A DNA stretch of 64,000 nt from Myxococcales bacterium (GTDB taxonomy: Bacteria > Myxococcota > Myxococcia > Myxococcales > UBA5297): contig JBNKEI010000169.1 in the NCBI GenBank assembly GCA_050288705.1, positions 1,108 to 65,107 of the forward strand, in the 5' to 3' direction. The notes beneath the pieces were generated by a model that was given only the letters and a program-made list of their open reading frames with translations, did not search any database and was not told the origin of the DNA. Positions 59,518 to 64,000 of this stretch are shown here, piece after piece. The position numbers and the translations under genes were made by a program. The first letter of the stretch is position 1. Each line of letters begins with the position of its first letter.

Positions 59518-60401
59518 AAACCATTCTTATTATTGGCGCCTCAGGTCAGGTAGGACAAATATGTCTGTCTGAGTTTGAAAAACGAGGCTTTGAGGTGGTG
59601 GGTGCCGACAGCTTGGTCATACCCAACAGCTCAACTTACCACGTTGATCTCCAAAATCATGACGCAGTTCGAGACTTAATCCGGTCTGTAAGACCCGCAA
59701 CCTGCATACTAACTGCAGCTCTAACCAATGTCGAGCAATGTGAAATCGAACCCCATCTCGCTAAGGCGATTAATACCGAAGGCCCAGGCATAGTTGCTAA
59801 CGAATGCAATGGAATTGACTGTAAAGTCATTTACTTTTCTACCGAATACGTATTCGACGGAACTAACGGTCCCTATTCCGAAAATGACCCGGTTTCGCCT
59901 ATAAGTGTGTATGGAAAGTCCAAACTTGACGGTGAAAGGCTGGTTCTTTCATCTTCACCAAGAAACCTTTCCGTCCGAACTACAGTAGTTTACAGTTACC
60001 ACGAGCGTGGTATGAATTTTATGATGCAGCTTTGGAATCGGCTACACAGTGGAGAGCGCATGCGGGTTCCTGTCGATCAAATTTCCAGCCCTACTTACGC
60101 ACCTGATCTTGTTCAGGCGATTGCTGGCCTTGTCGAGATAGATGCTTCCGGTATTTATAATATTGCCGGCCCTGATGTTATTGACCGATACAACTTCGCA
60201 ATCCAAGCTGCGCAAGCGCTTGGATTACCTAGCTCTCTGATTGAGCCGGTTGATACCCCTTCTCTTCGACAGAAAGCCAAGCGTCCTTTAAAAGCTGGAC
60301 TTAGCATTGGCAAATTGACTAGCGCGATTGATTTCCCAATGAAAGGAATCAATACAGGAATAGCTGCTTTTTTAGATCAAGCACAAAAGTCAATAAGCTA
60401 A
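59514..60401 (+). CDS. rmlD: dTDP-4-dehydrorhamnose reductase family
   Basis: IGASGQVG, STEYVFDG, YGKSK, DQISSPTY. Confidence 0.88.
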   Translation: MKTILIIGASGQVGQICLSEFEKRGFEVVGADSLVIPNSSTYHVDLQNHDAVRDLIRSVRPATCILTAALTNVEQCEIEPHLAKAINTEGPGIVANECNGIDCKVIYFSTEYVFDGTNGPYSENDPVSPISVYGKSKLDGERLVLSSSPRNLSVRTTVVYSYHERGMNFMMQLWNRLHSGERMRVPVDQISSPTYAPDLVQAIAGLVEIDASGIYNIAGPDVIDRYNFAIQAAQALGLPSSLIEPVDTPSLRQKAKRPLKAGLSIGKLTSAIDFPMKGINTGIAAFLDQAQKSIS

Positions 60402-60491
60402 TCGCGCGCAACAATTACTTCGAAAACACAATATTAAAGGCAAAATCGGAATCTCATTTTTGCTGATCAACAATTGCTTCGCCTTCAGTCA

Positions 60492-62297
60492 TCATGGCCC
60501 CTGATACAACCTTTTGGCTTTTAGATAAGCACGATAAGCTCCAGGGAGCTTTTTTCCGCAATTGATGAACCGCAGTCCAATGGAATTTTTTAGCAGATGG
60601 AGCTGCCCTTGCACGGAATCCCGATCGTTCCGGGCTTGTATCAATTCCTGTTGGAGGAGAGCAATTTCTCTTGCTCGGTTCTCTGCGCTCGCTCGTGCAG
60701 CATCGCGTTCTGCGGAAGCTGCGGCGCACTCAGCACGGAGTCGAGATACTTCCGTACGACTCGCGGCTTCCTGCACTTGAGCCTCGCGCTCGATTATTGC
60801 GACAGCCTTCAAAGCATCTTCGGCAATTCGAAAAAACTCGTTTTCGAGAATAGGTGGCGCAATCGAATCTCTTCCAGCAGTGTCTTCGAGCATACGCTCG
60901 ATATACCGTCTTGCCGATTCTGCGTCTCTTAGCCGAAAATCGTAATTCTGATGACCGAGCCATTCGCCCAAAAATCGGATGGCAGGGGAAGTACTTTCCG
61001 TTCGGCAGAACCATCGTGCAATTTGCCCAATTGCATAAAGATCATTCCCAGTCCCCTCAGGGGGACGTATGCTTATGGTGGTTCGTGTTGCTGGTAAGAA
61101 AACATCAGCACCAAGGTAGGGAGGCGTAAAATCGTATGTTCCAGGGAAGGTCGCCCAACCGAAATCAATGAGATGTGGCTTGTCAGTCATATCGAGAATG
61201 ACATTGATCGGGTGTAGATCGCGATGCACGATACCTGCCTCGCACAAGCGGGATACGATTTCCACAAGACCGAGAAGAAGACGTAGCACTCCCTCATGTG
61301 AAAGGTGTTCTCGCGCCATCCGTTCATCGAGAGACTCTCCATCCACATACGGCCGCCGGAGCAGCCACCAAGATTCGTGCTGCTCCAAAATGTCAAATTT
61401 TTCGCCCAAAACAGCCGCCCCCTTAACTTCTCGTTCTGCGAGCGGCGGAATGCATTGCTTATAAATGTAACCATCGAGTTTATAAACCCGGCTCCAAAAC
61501 TTATTCTCGTTGCACGACCAAAGCTGGCTAGAAGAAATAACCGTATCTCTGGGAAATACCAAAGGGGCTTCCCAGGAAAAGTCTGGCAAAGTGCGCTTAG
61601 TGGCTAAAAAGATGCGGCGGGTTGGGCTTATTTCGCCTAATAGCTCTACCGACGAAAACTGCGACGAAAGCGCGGAGATGAAATCGTGAAACGTGTACGG
61701 TTGAGCCTTCGCTCCTTCTTGGGTTTCGGTGTGGTAAAAACCTTGAACTAGTGGATCTGCCGGATCTACCCATTCGACCACTAGAAAATCTCGAGTTAGG
61801 TTCGCTAGTCTTTCGACAATTCCATCTAGAGAAAGAATGCGTGACGTACACGAATAAATCCAATGCACGAGAGCGAAAGCAAGAACGACATCCGCGGGAT
61901 CACTCCATTGATCGATGTTTTGGTTCTGCGCTCGGATGGGCAGCTCTAAAAAGTGAGACTTAGCTCTATTCAGGTTAGTTATGCATTCGGCATCAAGGTC
62001 AACCACAGTGGCCGTAGACGCTCCGGACAAGAGTGCTTTGAAAGAAAAGAAGCCGTTGTTACCTCCTAAATCGAGTATTGTTCGGCCAGACATGTAGCGC
62101 GGCGTAAAAACACTCTCCACCAATTTCTCTTTTTGGGCCAAAGCATCGCCTATCGCTCGCAAGGCTTTGTTTCTTGGCTCGAAGGAAAACTCTTGGTAGC
62201 CAGAAAAAAGAGCTGCCTGACCATCAAGTACGAGCCCATTGGGGTGAGCGTATTTGTTAGGTCGTGCTGCGAGGTCTGGATCGCGCTTTTTAAGCAT
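60492..62297 (-). CDS. WbdD-like bifunctional methyltransferase-kinase with C-terminal coiled coil (glycan chain terminator)
   Basis: ILDLGGNNGFFS (SAM binding), VHRDLHPINVIL...IDFGWA (kinase), long heptad-rich helix and an amphipathic basic tail; adjacent to glycosyltransferases. Confidence 0.7.
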   Translation of the reverse strand: MLKKRDPDLAARPNKYAHPNGLVLDGQAALFSGYQEFSFEPRNKALRAIGDALAQKEKLVESVFTPRYMSGRTILDLGGNNGFFSFKALLSGASTATVVDLDAECITNLNRAKSHFLELPIRAQNQNIDQWSDPADVVLAFALVHWIYSCTSRILSLDGIVERLANLTRDFLVVEWVDPADPLVQGFYHTETQEGAKAQPYTFHDFISALSSQFSSVELLGEISPTRRIFLATKRTLPDFSWEAPLVFPRDTVISSSQLWSCNENKFWSRVYKLDGYIYKQCIPPLAEREVKGAAVLGEKFDILEQHESWWLLRRPYVDGESLDERMAREHLSHEGVLRLLLGLVEIVSRLCEAGIVHRDLHPINVILDMTDKPHLIDFGWATFPGTYDFTPPYLGADVFLPATRTTISIRPPEGTGNDLYAIGQIARWFCRTESTSPAIRFLGEWLGHQNYDFRLRDAESARRYIERMLEDTAGRDSIAPPILENEFFRIAEDALKAVAIIEREAQVQEAASRTEVSRLRAECAAASAERDAARASAENRAREIALLQQELIQARNDRDSVQGQLHLLKNSIGLRFINCGKKLPGAYRAYLKAKRLYQGP

Positions 62298-62333
62298 CGT
62301 TGTCCTTTCATCGTCTGGCGCTTTAATAGATTT

Positions 62334-63653
62334 TTATTTTGTTTCATTGGAAGGCAAGTAAGGTTTTCTCTCAACACAAAGAAGATCAGCATTTGATGAA
62401 TGCGCCAAATGACTCTTTAATCGAGCCTTCGCAACCAAAGGCAAAGCAAGTATTGCCTGTAATGTTCCGCGAAAACCATGTGCATTATGACAGGTTTTTC
62501 GCAACGACAAGCCGTCCTTTCTACTACATTCGGACGCCAAATCACGCAGACGCTGTCTCAGGAGAGCTTTGATGCTGTTAACGCTACCGTAACGCATTGT
62601 AAACAGAAAAGAAGAGCACGCGACATTTTGTATGAAGTGTGGCGAATGTTCTCGATTGGTGCCCGTATGATAATGATTTACAATTGAATCTGGGCAAAAT
62701 ATCAATTTTCCGCCATGCTGGCGTAGCTGTAGACAAAGATCAGTATCCTCATAATACATTCCATAGTATTCGGGGAACCATGCTACAGCGTCAAGAGCTG
62801 AGCGGCGTACAATTAGAGCAGCGCCACAAAGAGAAGGCACTTCTTCTTCGATCACCCAACTTGACCCCTCATTTTCTATTCCGGAACCAACATCTCCAGC
62901 CGATCCATCTTTGCGAACAAAGCTGCCTGCATTCTGTACAAGGCTAATGCCTTTACTTTGTTGCATATCCGGAATTATTGCAATTCCAGGTATCGCAGAT
63001 AGAACTTGTTTACGTCCTGAGATTTCAATAATTGTTTTTTGTTCTCCTTCAAAACCTAAAAAGCTCAGCGTTGGAAACGACGACAATTCTGACTCAAGTT
63101 CAGGAATTGCAATAGGCAAGTAAATATCGCTATTTGAAAGCCATCTTCCAAATTGGCCATTAATTGGAAATAATTCTGAGGCATCTGAAGACCACCGAAT
63201 TTTATTGTCCAAATCATTTCCAAAAATTCGCGTTCCAACAAGAACCCTTCCTCCCTGGGGACGCACAATGCGAACACGAACAAACCGATGCATAAATAGT
63301 AACTTCGAGCCGACCGCAACTACTTCAGGATCCAGCGCCAGTATTTCTAAAGGTCGCATCAACCAATTCTTATCTACCCTGGTATCGTTATTCAAAAAAA
63401 CAACTACTTCCCCCTGCGCAAGCGAGCGGGCGGCATTATTCGCCTGAGAAAAACCCATAGAGTGTTTTGAAACTATTGTTTCAACCATAGAAAACTGTTT
63501 AAGCCAATCAGCAGTTCCATCATTCGAGCCATTGTCAACGACTATTACTTGAAGACTAACACCAGGAGGTAAAATTGTCTCCTTTATGGCTTCTATACAT
63601 CCAGCCAAGAACTTTTTCCCATTATGGCTGGCAATAATAACTGTAACTTTCAT
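62334..63653 (-). CDS. Glycosyltransferase family 2 (rhamnosyltransferase-like) with an internal insertion
   Basis: VVDNGSNDGT, GFSQANN, FLNNDT, CGAALIVRR, YYEDTDLC. Confidence 0.85.
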   Translation of the reverse strand: MKVTVIIASHNGKKFLAGCIEAIKETILPPGVSLQVIVVDNGSNDGTADWLKQFSMVETIVSKHSMGFSQANNAARSLAQGEVVVFLNNDTRVDKNWLMRPLEILALDPEVVAVGSKLLFMHRFVRVRIVRPQGGRVLVGTRIFGNDLDNKIRWSSDASELFPINGQFGRWLSNSDIYLPIAIPELESELSSFPTLSFLGFEGEQKTIIEISGRKQVLSAIPGIAIIPDMQQSKGISLVQNAGSFVRKDGSAGDVGSGIENEGSSWVIEEEVPSLCGAALIVRRSALDAVAWFPEYYGMYYEDTDLCLQLRQHGGKLIFCPDSIVNHYHTGTNREHSPHFIQNVACSSFLFTMRYGSVNSIKALLRQRLRDLASECSRKDGLSLRKTCHNAHGFRGTLQAILALPLVAKARLKSHLAHSSNADLLCVERKPYLPSNETK

Positions 63654-64000
63654 AGGCCGACTCCTTGCAAATATTCGGTCGGAAGAGAAATTATGTTTGA
63701 AAAGAAAACTCGCAAGTCGCTGTCAAATCTTGCTCGAGAAAAGTCGTTAGCACGTATTGCTGCTGCTTGACTCATTCGCTTCCGAAGCTGAGAATTATTC
63801 ACCACCGCGACAGAAAAAGCTTGTAATTCTTCAAAACTACAAAACAGAAATCCGCTTTCGCCGTGACGAATGATCTCCCTGGGCCCCCCGCGGTGAAAAC
63901 ACATTGGAATTACGCCAAAAAGCATCGCCTCAAGAACCGCAATACCAAAATGCTCCATTTTGGAGGCGTCGCGTGGTTCTTGTTTTCCAATACCGGTTCC
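63650..64000 (-). CDS. Glycosyltransferase family 4 (5' part outside window)
   Basis: EHFGIAVLEAM..G.IP...GGPREII.HGESGFL. Confidence 0.85.
   Translation of the reverse strand, partial: GTGIGKQEPRDASKMEHFGIAVLEAMLFGVIPMCFHRGGPREIIRHGESGFLFCSFEELQAFSVAVVNNSQLRKRMSQAAAIRANDFSRARFDSDLRVFFSNIISLPTEYLQGVGL

Noticed and set aside
1-64000. tRNA, rRNA, integrase or prophage genes
   Set aside because: None recognised by eye; tRNAscan-SE and Rfam searches would be needed to exclude small RNAs.

Overview
Chromosomal window from an AT-leaning bacterium that looks Myxococcota/deltaproteobacterial. That assignment is inferred from Hanks-type kinases with PEGA-like tails, Cys-rich lipoproteins and the speA-purM-purN-desaturase gene order. 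Housekeeping blocks are a 2-oxoacid:ferredoxin oxidoreductase (Vor-type) operon, speA, purM, purN, ettA, asd, and an rml/glycosyltransferase cluster with a WbdD-like methyltransferase-kinase. The accessory regions are the interesting part. (1) 5.3-9.5 kb: small genes resembling type III secretion substrates (needle/pilin-like subunit, GDPH autocleavage MIIA/DUF1521 protein, a paralog with amphipathic repeats). Four of them have a sigma-54 -24/-12 promoter and share a conserved upstream box; a broken sigma-54 activator fragment lies nearby. (2) 9.9-19.7 kb: three lipoproteins share one leader/Cys module but carry different passenger domains, and each follows an intact or vestigial 3' end of a PEGA gene. 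The array ends in two DUF1566 genes with DGR-like tails and a Ser/Thr kinase. (3) 36.9-43.0 kb: beta-barrel, tandem-HTH-EEP phosphodiesterase and a 1079-aa Fic-phospholipase D fusion, facing a PIN toxin-antitoxin-like pair. (4) 45-53.5 kb: an apparently inactivated GH43-like lipoprotein with TPR and kinase neighbours. Several IS remnants and MITE-like elements are present. No rRNA, tRNA or CRISPR array was recognised. All domain calls come from reading motifs by eye, not from database searches.
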